A stretch of 64,000 nucleotides of DNA. It comes from a virus. Positions 32,098 through 41,221 of the stretch are shown here, piece by piece (the stretch's first letter is position 1; every line of letters starts with the position of its first letter). The notes under the pieces were generated by a model. It worked only from the letters and a program-made list of their open reading frames with translations. It was not told the origin of the DNA and ran no database searches. The stretch spans positions 1,174-65,173 of the IMG/VR virus record IMGVR_UViG_3300017791_000124. One strand, written 5' to 3'. A program made the translations under genes and the position numbers.

Positions 32098-32411
32098 GTT
32101 GCCTCTTTCCATTGTCAGTTTTCTTCCGGGGGCTCCCGGCACGCGTGCGAGTCGCAATTTGTCACACACGTCGGCCGGCTGCCAAGTGAATTTGGCGTGG
32201 TCCGACCCCTTGTCATGCACGACGCAGTGTCAAAAAATTAACTTTTGTAAAGTTGCGCCAGACTTTGCGTGTCTTTCGCAGTGCAACATGAGACGTTGCA
32301 AGAAGCCCCGAAGACGCTTACATCATTCTGCAATCGCGAGTCGCGGGCTGTTCTTGGAAATCTCCAGCCCCTCGCGAGGCTCGTGTTGAAGTTGCGATCG
32401 CACGAAGCACA

Positions 32412-32450
32412 AAACCCCCGGGAGCATGAAGCTCGCCGGGGGTTTTTCTT
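32412..32450. terminator. Intrinsic terminator (possibly bidirectional)
   Basis: AAAACCCCCGG...CCGGGGGTTTTT inverted repeat just downstream of the - strand ORF ending at 32468. Confidence 0.6.
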
Positions 32451-32467
32451 TGGGCAACAACAGAAGA

Positions 32468-33043
32468 TCACTTGCGCCCACGCGCCTCATAGGCGTGCGT
32501 GATCCACGTTCCTCTCGTGTCTTTCCTGACCCGGGCCAGCACCGTGCAAGGTCGTCCGACGCGGCACTTGTCGGTGATGATCACGCCTTCGTATTGATCG
32601 ATGGTGAAGGTGCAGGCGCCGACGCGAAAGTTGTCGCCGCCAGTGTTCGGGACTTCGCTAAGGACTCCCTGACACGTCGTCTGCTGTGCCTGCGCGGGCG
32701 CGGCTGCCGGTGCTGCTTCTGCCTTGCAATACGTCGTGACATCGGCAGCCTCAAGGCGCTGCGATGTGCTCGTGCAGCGGTGCCAACGCATGTCGGCGCC
32801 GATCTGGCCGCGCTTGCCGTAGCACCATCCGAGTTGATTAAGCTGCATATTGACCTTCTGGCGTTCGCAGCATGACGCATCGATCCTCTTCTGATCTTCG
32901 TCGTTCTTGGCGACAGCGCCCCGACAAGTGTTGTCAAGAACTGCAGCGCGCGCCAAAAGCGATTTGGCTTGCTGATCCTGTGCGCTAGCCGATGCGGCGA
33001 GCGCGAGCGTTGCCGCGATGAAAGCTGTGGCAAGTCTGATCAT
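32468..33043 (-). CDS. Secreted/periplasmic Cys-containing protein
   Basis: Signal peptide MIRLATAFIAATLALAASASA; preceded by the repeated leader. Confidence 0.7.
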   Translation of the reverse strand: MIRLATAFIAATLALAASASAQDQQAKSLLARAAVLDNTCRGAVAKNDEDQKRIDASCCERQKVNMQLNQLGWCYGKRGQIGADMRWHRCTSTSQRLEAADVTTYCKAEAAPAAAPAQAQQTTCQGVLSEVPNTGGDNFRVGACTFTIDQYEGVIITDKCRVGRPCTVLARVRKDTRGTWITHAYEARGRK

Positions 33044-33141
33044 TTGGAAATCTCCATTTCCGTTTGCGCCGGGTTGCGCCGGCGAGTGTCCGTCATGGGC
33101 ACTATGGAACGGCGCCCGTAGGCGCCGCTCGGTGGTGCTCA
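33044..33141 (-). repeat. Structured intergenic leader, copy 1
   Basis: TGAGCACCACC-hairpin-CATAGTG-hairpin-GCAA hairpin-AACGGAAATGGAGATTTCCAA-ATG. Confidence 0.8.
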
Positions 33142-33423
33142 AGCCCTCCTCTCTCGTTGGGCATAACGCGGGACGAAGCCATCCCGCAGATAGAACAACT
33201 GACGATCAAGGTGTCGCTCAATGCCGACGATGTCGTGGATGAAGTGTTCATCGGGCGCATCGAGCAGATCATCGAGACGCAGCGGCCGAGATAGATGGGC
33301 CGCCGTCAGGTCCATCTTGATGTCGCGTTCTTCGCGGTCAGGGAAGAACACGCGCGCGCGGCTCACAATCGCGTCAATGACGCGAAGCTCGGCGCCGCTG
33401 ATCGGTGGCAGGCGCGGCTTCAT
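33139..33423 (-). CDS. Hypothetical protein (DUF6874-like)
   Basis: MDLTAAH...PLRLDDLL..DEHFIHDIVGIERHLDR...FVPRY. Confidence 0.65.
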   Translation of the reverse strand: MKPRLPPISGAELRVIDAIVSRARVFFPDREERDIKMDLTAAHLSRPLRLDDLLDAPDEHFIHDIVGIERHLDRQLFYLRDGFVPRYAQRERRA

Positions 33424-33680
33424 CGCACGCCCCTCCGCTTTGCCTTGTCGGCCATCTCGACCGCCATCATCTCGGCTTCGTCGTCGTCGCCATGCACGGC
33501 GGCGATCGTCGCAAGCATCGCGTCGACGCTCGGCTGCATCGCGTCTGCCAGCCTCGACAATCGCGCTGCAAGGTTGCGCTGCAGGTCTTGACGTTCTGTG
33601 AACGGCATTATGTTGTTGACGAGTTGAAAGCGCATGCTTTCGATCTCGCCAATAGCTTCGGCCCATTGCTTGTCAGTCAT
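33420..33680 (-). CDS. Hypothetical protein
   Basis: Starts directly after leader copy 2. Confidence 0.7.
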   Translation of the reverse strand: MTDKQWAEAIGEIESMRFQLVNNIMPFTERQDLQRNLAARLSRLADAMQPSVDAMLATIAAVHGDDDEAEMMAVEMADKAKRRGVR

Positions 33681-33784
33681 TTTGGAAATCTCCATTTCCG
33701 TTGAGCCGGCGTTGCGTGCCGGCAGTGCTCGTCATGAACACTATGGAGCGGCGCCGGTTGCCCGATGCCGCTCGGTGGTGCTCA
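33681..33784 (-). repeat. Structured intergenic leader, copy 2
   Basis: Same architecture as copy 1 with compensatory stem changes. Confidence 0.8.
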
Positions 33785-34027
33785 GTTGGCTCGTCGTTGC
33801 CGCTGCTCGTTTAGCGCACGCGAAATGCAATTATTGTACTGCTCGATCGCATGTTGGCGGTTTTCGTATCGCCAGCGACCCGTCGCCGGGTCACAAAAGC
33901 CGCCAGCTTCAATTGCGCAGCGGCCTGTCTGGTCACACTTGTTCACGGCACCGTTGCCGTTCTTAGATGCAGCTTCAGCGGATGAAACGGCCGCCAGAAT
34001 GGCGGCAGCGATCAGTAGTCTACTCAT
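33782..34027 (-). CDS. Small secreted Cys-rich protein
   Basis: Signal peptide MSRLLIAAAILAAVSSAEA. Confidence 0.65.
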   Translation of the reverse strand: MSRLLIAAAILAAVSSAEAASKNGNGAVNKCDQTGRCAIEAGGFCDPATGRWRYENRQHAIEQYNNCISRALNEQRQRRAN

Positions 34028-34119
34028 TTTGGTTTCCTTGTAGTGTTGCGCCGTGCAAGCGGCGAGTGCTCGGATGAACACTGTCGAACGGCGCGCTAGG
34101 CGCCGCTCTGCAGTAGTCA
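34028..34119 (-). repeat. Structured intergenic leader, divergent copy 3
   Basis: Three hairpins retained, different RBS segment. Confidence 0.6.
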
Positions 34120-34190
34120 CCGTTGACAACAGGGGTTACATTCCGCTGCCGATCTTGCGCTTTAGGAATTTGGTTTCCTTGGGGCGCGAG

Positions 34191-34228
34191 AAAGGCACGA
34201 GGCCGGGCTTGCAAGGGCCCGGCCTCAC
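34191..34228 (-). terminator. Hairpin terminator after the vWA gene
   Basis: GAGGCCGGGC-CCTTGCAA-GCCCGGCCTC followed by a weak U tract. Confidence 0.5.
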
Positions 34229-34231
34229 TCT

Positions 34232-35689
34232 TCAGTGCGATCCGACGTCGATCGCGGTGGCGCCCCACGGCGCGCGGGCAATGTGCTCGCGCACTTGGTT
34301 GGGGAAGCCGGTGATCGCCCAAAGAACCGGGCAAGCCGGCTCATCGTGCGCGCTCGTGATCTCGTGATCACCATCGGTGAAGCACACGATCAGCGAAGCG
34401 TCGACTTCGTTCGCCACGTGCTCGAACAGCGGCGCCAGTTCGGTGCCGCCACCGCCACGCGGATCGAACTCGCATTCGTCGCCGCTCCGATAGGTGTCGA
34501 CGCGCGTCACCCGCGTGTCGCCGTAGATCACCACGACTTCGTCGATGATGTTCTCGTCGAGTGCCGCTTGCACTTCGACACCGATCGCCGCGAGCGCAAT
34601 GCGATCCATCGAACCCGAAGTGTCAACCAAGAACGCCGCACGGTTGACGCCTTCACGCTCGCGGCCGGGCAGATACAAGCCCGAGCCGATGAAGCGGCGA
34701 TTAGGACGCGACCACGTTTCGGTCGTCTGCGCGCCGCCGTCGAAAAAGGCACGCAAAGTCTCGCGCCAGTCTTGCGGGGGATGATCGTTCCGCTCGATCT
34801 CGCGCGTCACGTGCCCGGGAGCGTCGCCACGCTTGCGCGCGAGGCTGGCGGCCTCGCGCACGACGCGCTCCCATTTGGCGTCGACGTCGGCCCGCTCGCC
34901 GGCATCGGTCGCCGCGTCGAGCACTTCGCCGCAGCGGCCCGGGTCACCCGACGACGGGCCCGGTTTGGCCTCACCGGCATCGCTGCCGGCGTCCGAGCCT
35001 TCGCCGTCGCCAGAACCCTCGCCAGAGCCCTCGCCGGGCTCGCCAGCGTCGCCGTCGGCCGAGCCCTTGCCAGCGTCGCCAGCGTCGCCAGCCTCACCAG
35101 CGGCCTCGCCAGCCCCTTCGTCGCCAGCGCCTTCGTCGCCATCGGTTCCATCGGTTCCATCGGTGCCGGGCTGCTCGCCTTCGTCGCCGTCGTCGCCGGG
35201 CTTGCCGGCGTCGTCGTCTTCGTCGGCATCGCCGTCGCCTTCTTGCGGCTGCGGCTGTTGTTGCTGACGCTCAAGCTCCCGGGTGCGGTAGATGTCTTCG
35301 GCCGACATGCCTTCGAAGCGCCATTCGAGCAGGAAGCCCTTGGGCAGCTTGAAGCCCGCGCGGATCAGGTCCGGGTTGATCGCAAGATCGCAGCAAATAT
35401 TCCATTCCTGCGGATCGCGGTTGCCGCGACGCGTGTGATGCCGGCGCGCGTCGTGCTCGGTCTCGTGCGCTTGCGTGCCGAGCACTTCAACCTGCGGCAT
35501 GCCGCAAATGAATTCCGGGTTGAAAAAGTGCGTCGAGCCGTTCGTCGCCATCGTCGGGAAGTCCCGCGACGGCACCGCCTTAACTTGCGAGACCAGCACG
35601 CCGTAGAACGTGCGCTCAAGGATCAATTCTTGGCGCGCCTTGCTGACGCGCTCGGCGGCATCGGCCGCCACGGTGTCGATCGTTTGCAT
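34232..35689 (-). CDS. DUF2201-type protein: HExxH metallopeptidase-like N-terminus, acidic linker and vWA-like C-terminus
   Basis: TMATNG...AHETEH...WNICCDLAIN; W.RPNRRF; VDTSGSM, GGGGT, FTDG. Confidence 0.88.
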   Translation of the reverse strand: MQTIDTVAADAAERVSKARQELILERTFYGVLVSQVKAVPSRDFPTMATNGSTHFFNPEFICGMPQVEVLGTQAHETEHDARRHHTRRGNRDPQEWNICCDLAINPDLIRAGFKLPKGFLLEWRFEGMSAEDIYRTRELERQQQQPQPQEGDGDADEDDDAGKPGDDGDEGEQPGTDGTDGTDGDEGAGDEGAGEAAGEAGDAGDAGKGSADGDAGEPGEGSGEGSGDGEGSDAGSDAGEAKPGPSSGDPGRCGEVLDAATDAGERADVDAKWERVVREAASLARKRGDAPGHVTREIERNDHPPQDWRETLRAFFDGGAQTTETWSRPNRRFIGSGLYLPGREREGVNRAAFLVDTSGSMDRIALAAIGVEVQAALDENIIDEVVVIYGDTRVTRVDTYRSGDECEFDPRGGGGTELAPLFEHVANEVDASLIVCFTDGDHEITSAHDEPACPVLWAITGFPNQVREHIARAPWGATAIDVGSH

Positions 35690-35747
35690 TTGGAAATCTC
35701 CATTTCCGTTGAGAAGAAAAAAGCGCCGGGTTGCGGCCGGCGCGCTC
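35690..35747 (-). repeat. Short leader copy 4 (GCAA hairpin, U run, conserved RBS hairpin)
   Basis: GCGCCGGCCGCAACCCGGCGCTTTTTT...AACGGAAATGGAGATTTCCAA. Confidence 0.7.
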
Positions 35748-36638
35748 TTAGCCGAGCAGGCTTTCGACATCTTTCAGAATGTCGTCGGCCGACTTGGCCA
35801 CCGACTTCCGCACGTTGTCGTCGTGTCGCAGTGTCTCGGCGTCTTCGACGCAGAGTTCTTTCTTGATGCGATCAGCGATCGCGTCTAGCGCCGGATCATT
35901 GTCGAGATTGAAGGCCGGCAGAAGCTCGGCAAGCTCGCGCACGTTCTCAACCAAGCTGTAGCTGAAAAAGCTGCGCGCGCCCTTGCCCGGCTTTTTGTAA
36001 GCCTTCAATTTTTCCGCCATGTGGCCGACGACTTCGGTTATCTGCTTGGCCGTGTGCTTCATCGCATCAGCCATCACCGTTTCGTTGGTCTCGGCAAGCT
36101 CGCGCTTGATGTCCTCGACCGTGTCCGCGTCGAGCACGTCTGATCTGAAGTCGTCCGACTCAGGCAGCGGAAACGTCTTCGTCATCAGCCGAAACTTGCT
36201 GCGGATTTCGGATGCGTGCGGATAGTCCGACGCATCGAACAAGCCGTTGAGCGCCCGCTTGCGTTCCTCGATGAACATCGGATAGTCGCGGCAGAAGTCA
36301 TCAGCGGCCTGATCGAACTCACGCTTGAGCTTGCGAAACTCGCTCGCGAACTTCTCGTGCAGCTTGTTCGGCAGGATGCGCAAGCCTTCGTCGGCCCACG
36401 GCTTGGTCAGCGCGTAGTGCAGCTTGCGCGCGCGATCGACGAGACCGTTGATCGTTTCGAGGCGACGTGCCTCGATCAGCAGTTTGTGATAGCGGCCGGC
36501 GTCTTCGGCCGCGTGGTGCTCGCGGTTCACTTTCTCGGTGACGCGCTTGTCGAGCTTGCGCGCTGACCAGTTGCTGATGTCGACGCTCACAAGCGTTGCC
36601 TTCCGCGACAGCGGAGAGGCGATCTTTTTCGTGTTCAT
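35748..36638 (-). CDS. DUF3150-like protein of MoxR-vWA modules
   Basis: LVSVDISNWSARKLD, T.PW.D.G.RILP, F..SDYP...IRSKF. Confidence 0.75.
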   Translation of the reverse strand: MNTKKIASPLSRKATLVSVDISNWSARKLDKRVTEKVNREHHAAEDAGRYHKLLIEARRLETINGLVDRARKLHYALTKPWADEGLRILPNKLHEKFASEFRKLKREFDQAADDFCRDYPMFIEERKRALNGLFDASDYPHASEIRSKFRLMTKTFPLPESDDFRSDVLDADTVEDIKRELAETNETVMADAMKHTAKQITEVVGHMAEKLKAYKKPGKGARSFFSYSLVENVRELAELLPAFNLDNDPALDAIADRIKKELCVEDAETLRHDDNVRKSVAKSADDILKDVESLLG

Positions 36639-36738
36639 TGGAAATCTCCATTTCCGTTCGGGTTGGCGCCGGTTGCGACGGCGCAGTGCGGTATGGGCAC
36701 TATGGGGCGGCGCATCTAGCGCCGCCCGGTGGTGCTCA
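36639..36738 (-). repeat. Structured intergenic leader, copy 5
   Basis: Same architecture as copy 1. Confidence 0.8.
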
Positions 36739-37761
36739 CGATTGCAAGAGCGCACCCTGATTGGCGACCGCCCACTTGCTATAGGCGCTAGTCTCTTTCA
36801 GCTTCGGGTCGCGCATCACAGCGTCATGCACGAGCAGCACTTGATGCTCGCCGCGCAGCCGCTCGGCATACTTCACGATCTGCGCCCAGTTCTTGCGCGT
36901 CGCGAGACGGGCAAGGCCAGTGCAGACCGCGTAAAGCTGCGAAGGCTCGGTGGGCACCTTCGCGTTCTCAGGATCGGCGACGATGTCATCGAGGCTGCCC
37001 AAGCTCTGGTAAAGCTCGATGAAGCCGTTCAACTCGCCAGCGACGTCCGCGCCGACATGCGCCGCGAACAATTTTTGACGCTGCGCGACGTTGTCGACCG
37101 CGATGTATTTCGCCGCCCTTGTCAGTGACCGGGGCGACGGCACCGCGTTCTCATCGCCGCGCGGCATGCGATGGATCAGTTCACGCCGCAAGCGGATGAA
37201 CGCCACCATCTCAGGCGCGACGCCGTTAGCGTTCGCCCAAGTCGCCCACGCGTTGACGTCCGGCGCGCAGAACAGATGAGCGAAGCGATTGCGCAGCGCC
37301 GTCGGCATCCGTTGCGCCGCCGCTCGATCGCTCATGCGGTTGCCGGCAGCGATGATCTGCCAGCCGTCGGGCAGCACGTAGTCGCCGACGCGCCGATCGA
37401 GGACCAGCCCGAACATCACCGCCATCATTTGCGGCGAGCCCGTGTTGATCTCGTCGAGGAACAGGTAACCGAACTCGCCGTCACGCTCGACTTGCGGAAG
37501 CTCATCAGGCACGAGCCAGCGCGTGGTGCCCGTGTTTAGATCGGGCACCGGGATGCCGCGCACGTCGACCGGCTCACGCAGGTTGACGCGATATTCAATC
37601 ACCTTGCGCTTTTTCTTGGCGCCAAGCTGATGCACGATCGCGGACTTGCCGATGCCAAACGTACCCCAAAGCATGGCAGGGTCGCCGCCATCGGTCAGGA
37701 TTTCAAGCATCACGGCCGCTTCCGCGATCGAGCATTCAATTTCGTTCAACAGTGCAGTCAT
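36736..37761 (-). CDS. MoxR-like AAA+ ATPase
   Basis: Walker A GTFGIGKS, Walker B LFLDEIN, AAGNR, ALRNRF, PSPRS. Confidence 0.9.
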   Translation of the reverse strand: MTALLNEIECSIAEAAVMLEILTDGGDPAMLWGTFGIGKSAIVHQLGAKKKRKVIEYRVNLREPVDVRGIPVPDLNTGTTRWLVPDELPQVERDGEFGYLFLDEINTGSPQMMAVMFGLVLDRRVGDYVLPDGWQIIAAGNRMSDRAAAQRMPTALRNRFAHLFCAPDVNAWATWANANGVAPEMVAFIRLRRELIHRMPRGDENAVPSPRSLTRAAKYIAVDNVAQRQKLFAAHVGADVAGELNGFIELYQSLGSLDDIVADPENAKVPTEPSQLYAVCTGLARLATRKNWAQIVKYAERLRGEHQVLLVHDAVMRDPKLKETSAYSKWAVANQGALLQS

Positions 37762-37865
37762 TTGGAAATCTCCATTTCCGTTTGAGATGCGCCGGTTGCG
37801 ACGGCGCGTGTTCGCATGAACACTGTGAAGCGGCGCGTTTACGGCGTGCCGCTCGGCGGTGCTCA
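37762..37865 (-). repeat. Structured intergenic leader, copy 6
   Basis: Same architecture as copy 1. Confidence 0.8.
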
Positions 37866-38261
37866 TTAGCTTGGTGGTGCAGTCGTGCGGCACTCTTTCT
37901 CAGAACTTGCCCGGCCTCGCCTTGCGTAGTCTCGTCTCTCGCGCGGCTACCCGCCGACCGCGATCCTTGTCTATGCGACACGAACCTCGACGACTGCACC
38001 ATCAAACCAAAGGGGCGGCGCTCGTAAGCGCCGCCCGTTGTTGTGTTTAGTTTTCTCTGTTGTTGCCCTAGTCGCGCTAATGTCACGCGATTGTCTAGGA
38101 CCGTGGACCCCTCATTCAGACCGTGCGGCGTGCGGCACTTGGCTTCGTCACGCGTCACGGGCTGGCGCCCATGTTGCACCCCTAGGTGCTTGGCCTGCGG
38201 CCGTCTCGGTATCTCGATCTCAACCTCTCATCTAACCAACCAACGAGACACGTATATGGCA

Positions 38262-38278
38262 TGTCACATCATGTGACA
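38262..38278. promoter_or_regulatory. 17-bp palindromic candidate operator
   Basis: TGTCACAT-C-ATGTGACA upstream of the MoxR operon; one-mismatch copy at 1264-1280. Confidence 0.45.
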
Positions 38279-38330
38279 CAAGAGGCTAGCCAGACTTTTT
38301 TTGCCTTTCGTAAGCGCCTGAAAACACACA

Positions 38331-38355
38331 CAAAAAAGCCGCCCCGAAGGGCGGC
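38331..38355 (-). terminator. Intrinsic terminator
   Basis: GCCGCCC-TTCG-GGGCGGC-TTTTTT on the - strand. Confidence 0.75.
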
Positions 38356-38425
38356 GTCTCAGTTTCGGGCTGGAAAAATTATCCGGCCATGAGCCGGAGA
38401 CCTCCGCGTGCCTTTGGGGCTCGGC

Positions 38426-38896
38426 TCAGCCGGCCCTGATCTTTTCGAGCGCCGCCTTGCCGGTGAGCGGCATGGCCCGGGTTGCGCCGCTTTTCTTGGC
38501 CTTGAGCTTCTCGATCCGGCCGCGCGCCTTGGCTTTGCGCTTGGCCTCGATCTCGGCGGCGATCGCGGCGCCGGCGGCGTCGGGCTTCGAACGCTGCAGG
38601 AAGCCGGGTATCGCGAGATCGTCGAAGCTCCCCGACGCAGGCGCTGGCGTGGCTGCTACTGCCGCTGGTTGCGACGCTGGCGGCGGCGCCGGGGGCTCGA
38701 CGATCGCCGGCACCGTGGCCGGGACAGGCGGGGGTGCTGGCGTGCGTTCGTATCGCTCGATCGATCGGCGCACCGCCTTGAGCTTGGCGGCGAGCCGGGC
38801 GAGCTTGTCGAGCATAGTGTCGCGATGCGCTTCGAGCCGGGCAAGGTCTTTGCGAGCTTGCTGGTGACGTCGATCGCGTAGTGATAGGGTCGTCAT
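38426..38896 (-). CDS. Hypothetical protein (DDLAIPGFLQR motif)
   Basis: GGAG RBS; IP.FL.R motif resembles FtsZ C-terminal-like peptides (inference). Confidence 0.7.
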   Translation of the reverse strand: MTTLSLRDRRHQQARKDLARLEAHRDTMLDKLARLAAKLKAVRRSIERYERTPAPPPVPATVPAIVEPPAPPPASQPAAVAATPAPASGSFDDLAIPGFLQRSKPDAAGAAIAAEIEAKRKAKARGRIEKLKAKKSGATRAMPLTGKAALEKIRAG

Positions 38897-38967
38897 GTTG
38901 TGAACTCCAGTGTTTGGTTTCGGTTGTGTGGGGCCCGGGGCGTTGACGCCGTCCCGGGCCCTTCGCT

Positions 38968-39219
38968 TTAGACCGCGATCTCGGTCCACTCCGCGCGGAA
39001 GGCTCGATAGCTGCGGCCGGCAATGCCGGGCGAGTCGATCAATCCGCCGAAGGTGTTGGTCATTGCGTTTCGATCGCGAGCAATGATGCCGGCAATCTCA
39101 CTCTCGTCGTTGCAGTTCGCGACGCGGTGAGTGTGCTTTACCTTCAGACCGTTTCGCTTTGTCGGCTCGACGGTGCAGTAGACTTGGATCGTGGCAGGTC
39201 GCACAAATGCTTTGCGCAT
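38968..39219 (-). CDS. Hypothetical protein
   Basis: GGAG RBS; compact ORF. Confidence 0.6.
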   Translation of the reverse strand: MRKAFVRPATIQVYCTVEPTKRNGLKVKHTHRVANCNDESEIAGIIARDRNAMTNTFGGLIDSPGIAGRSYRAFRAEWTEIAV

Positions 39220-39656
39220 TGGTGTTGGTCTCCATTGGTTTCAGTTTTCAAACAGCCCGCTGCGCTCTGACCGCAACGTAAGAGAAGTCTAGCATGAGGG
39301 GTCCGCGCTTTTCGGCGATTGGGGATTCGCGCGCACGCCACACAAGGACATCTCGAACGTTTTCGTCGACTTGACTCTAGGCTCGACGGGCACAAGTCGC
39401 ACGTTTTTGCGCTCGCGTGATGCGAGATGTTATTGCGCTGCAGTCAATCGTCGCGATGAAAAAAATTTTTCCGCCGCTTTAGCTGTCTTGATCGGACGCG
39501 ATATTTTTTCGCTCACCGTGATGACGGCTGCGCGTATCTCTTCGTCGTCACGCCGTTCATAGCTCGCCATCAGCTTACCCCACACGATGCGGCGCACAGT
39601 GAAGCCGTTGCGGCGTCGCTTGCCGATCGCCCATGCCCTGAAGTTGGATGCGTGCT

Positions 39657-39863
39657 TCACTTCATTTCGATCTGATGCACGACTGAGACTTTCCATCCCT
39701 TCTCGGCGCAGTATGCGCGCACGCGCGCGCGTGTCCACTTGCCGCGCTTCATGTACGCCACGATCGGCGCCGCCTCGACGACGCGATCGTCTTGCAGCAC
39801 GATGCCGGCGGTGACATGTCCCAGTGTGTGCTCGTATTCGATGACGGCGAGAATCTCGATCAT
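39657..39863 (-). CDS. Hypothetical protein
   Basis: TAGIVL...VVEAAPIVAYM...W...YC..KGWK small phage motif. Confidence 0.6.
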   Translation of the reverse strand: MIEILAVIEYEHTLGHVTAGIVLQDDRVVEAAPIVAYMKRGKWTRARVRAYCAEKGWKVSVVHQIEMK

Positions 39864-40015
39864 TCTTCCCCTCGCCAAATACGGCGTGCATGCTGATAGT
39901 CGCGCTCGGCATTCCAGCCGATGGCGCCGATCTTTTGCCAGCGCTCATAGTGCCTTTCGATGCGCCACATCAGGATCATCGCGCGGATATGCCGGATGAT
40001 GGGCCAGCGTTTCAT
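39860..40015 (-). CDS. Small hypothetical protein
   Basis: MKRWPIIRHIR...; overlaps both neighbours. Confidence 0.5.
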   Translation of the reverse strand: MKRWPIIRHIRAMILMWRIERHYERWQKIGAIGWNAERDYQHARRIWRGEE

Positions 40016-40230
40016 GGCGTGTCCTGTTGCTTTCCATCCTCCCGCAGCCGCTGCACTTCTTTCATCAGCATCACTGCGAACGATGCCGCCGCGAGCAATC
40101 CATCGAGCCGTTCCTGCGCGAGAGCTTCCAGCCGCTCGACCTCGTCGGCGGCCTCTCGACCCAGCGGGTTGTTCGATCCAACCTCGTCGAGAATAACAAG
40201 TGCTCGCAGCTTCTCTTTGATGCCACTCAT
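40012..40230 (-). CDS. Hypothetical protein
   Basis: Coupled ORF. Confidence 0.55.
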   Translation of the reverse strand: MSGIKEKLRALVILDEVGSNNPLGREAADEVERLEALAQERLDGLLAAASFAVMLMKEVQRLREDGKQQDTP

Positions 40231-40895
40231 GCGGCCGGTCTCCACTGCGGCAGCTTCGCCTTGAACAGCGCCTCGACGCGATTCATCGCGGCGGTAAGCT
40301 CGGACATCGCGCCCTCGCTCGCGGCTACGTTAGCGAGCGCCGGCAGCCCGGTGACGATCGACTTGTCGATCTCGGCGCGTGTCGCGTGCCGGCCTTCAGC
40401 ATAGGCGACAAGCTCGACCGGCTCGCCCATGTGGATGATCGGCCCGGTGCGGGTGCGGATCAGCACATAGTCGTGCGTGATCCAGAGCAGGATGACTCCC
40501 GGGTTGCGCTCGATCATGATGCCGCCCGGGTCCACCGTCTCATCGGGCAAGCCGACGTCGTTGCGGCGCATGCGCGGCTTGCTGAGAAACGGGCAGGCGC
40601 GCACCGCATACTCCGCGCAGTCGCGGTGGCTCGGCGGCTCGGAGCTTGTGCGGTTGACCGCGCACATCGGGCCGACGGTGAACACCTTGAAGCGGCCGAG
40701 CGTGTTGCCGCACAGCCAGCATAGATCAGCCTGCAGCGCGCGCTTGAACTTCGCATGATCGGCGACGCGGAAGTCGCGCCGGCCGTCCACTTCGGCGACG
40801 AACCAAGGCGTGGGGAAACCTTGGTCGCTCACCGGCAGACGGCGCATGCGATCAGGCAGCGGGATGTCGGCGATCGCGGCGTTGAGCGGCCTCAT
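40227..40895 (-). CDS. Phage hypothetical protein with Zn-binding-like motifs
   Basis: CWLCG...EPPSHRDCAEYAVRACPFL. Confidence 0.75.
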   Translation of the reverse strand: MRPLNAAIADIPLPDRMRRLPVSDQGFPTPWFVAEVDGRRDFRVADHAKFKRALQADLCWLCGNTLGRFKVFTVGPMCAVNRTSSEPPSHRDCAEYAVRACPFLSKPRMRRNDVGLPDETVDPGGIMIERNPGVILLWITHDYVLIRTRTGPIIHMGEPVELVAYAEGRHATRAEIDKSIVTGLPALANVAASEGAMSELTAAMNRVEALFKAKLPQWRPAA

Positions 40896-40965
40896 CGGAT
40901 GCCCCTGTCAATAGCTTCCGCAATCCTGCCGCCGGAAAAAGCGGCGGCAGGAAGCGGCGGCAGGA

Positions 40966-41210
40966 TATGGGTCGCCGTATGGGTCGAGCGCTCGCTGCTT
41001 GCTGGAAAAGCTAAGCTCGTCAGTAGCTTAGTAAGATCCGGTGCTCCCCTTGTAGGGAATGCCGGCGAGGTCTCAGGAGGTCTCAGGACGTCCAAGGCGG
41101 AAGCAAAAAACCCTTGTGGCATAGCGCTTTCTCGCATATTAGTCCTCCATGCGTCGCAGTGCGTCGCAGTGCGTCTCACCCGAATGGGATGAGTCAAATT
41201 ATCGGTCGAG
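40966..41210. mobile_element. Candidate attP region
   Basis: Non-coding region upstream of the integrase; arm-like TATGGGTCG x2 (40966, 40978) and TATCGGTCG (~41200); 10-bp repeats at 41068-41097 and 41146-41179. Confidence 0.55.
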
Positions 41211-41221
41211 AGGGAAGTGAG

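Noticed and set aside
33044-33141. Leader repeats as integron attC sites or hammerhead ribozymes
   Set aside because: I saw no RYYYAAC/GTTRRRY ends, no IntI-type integrase and no CUGANGA/GAAA core.
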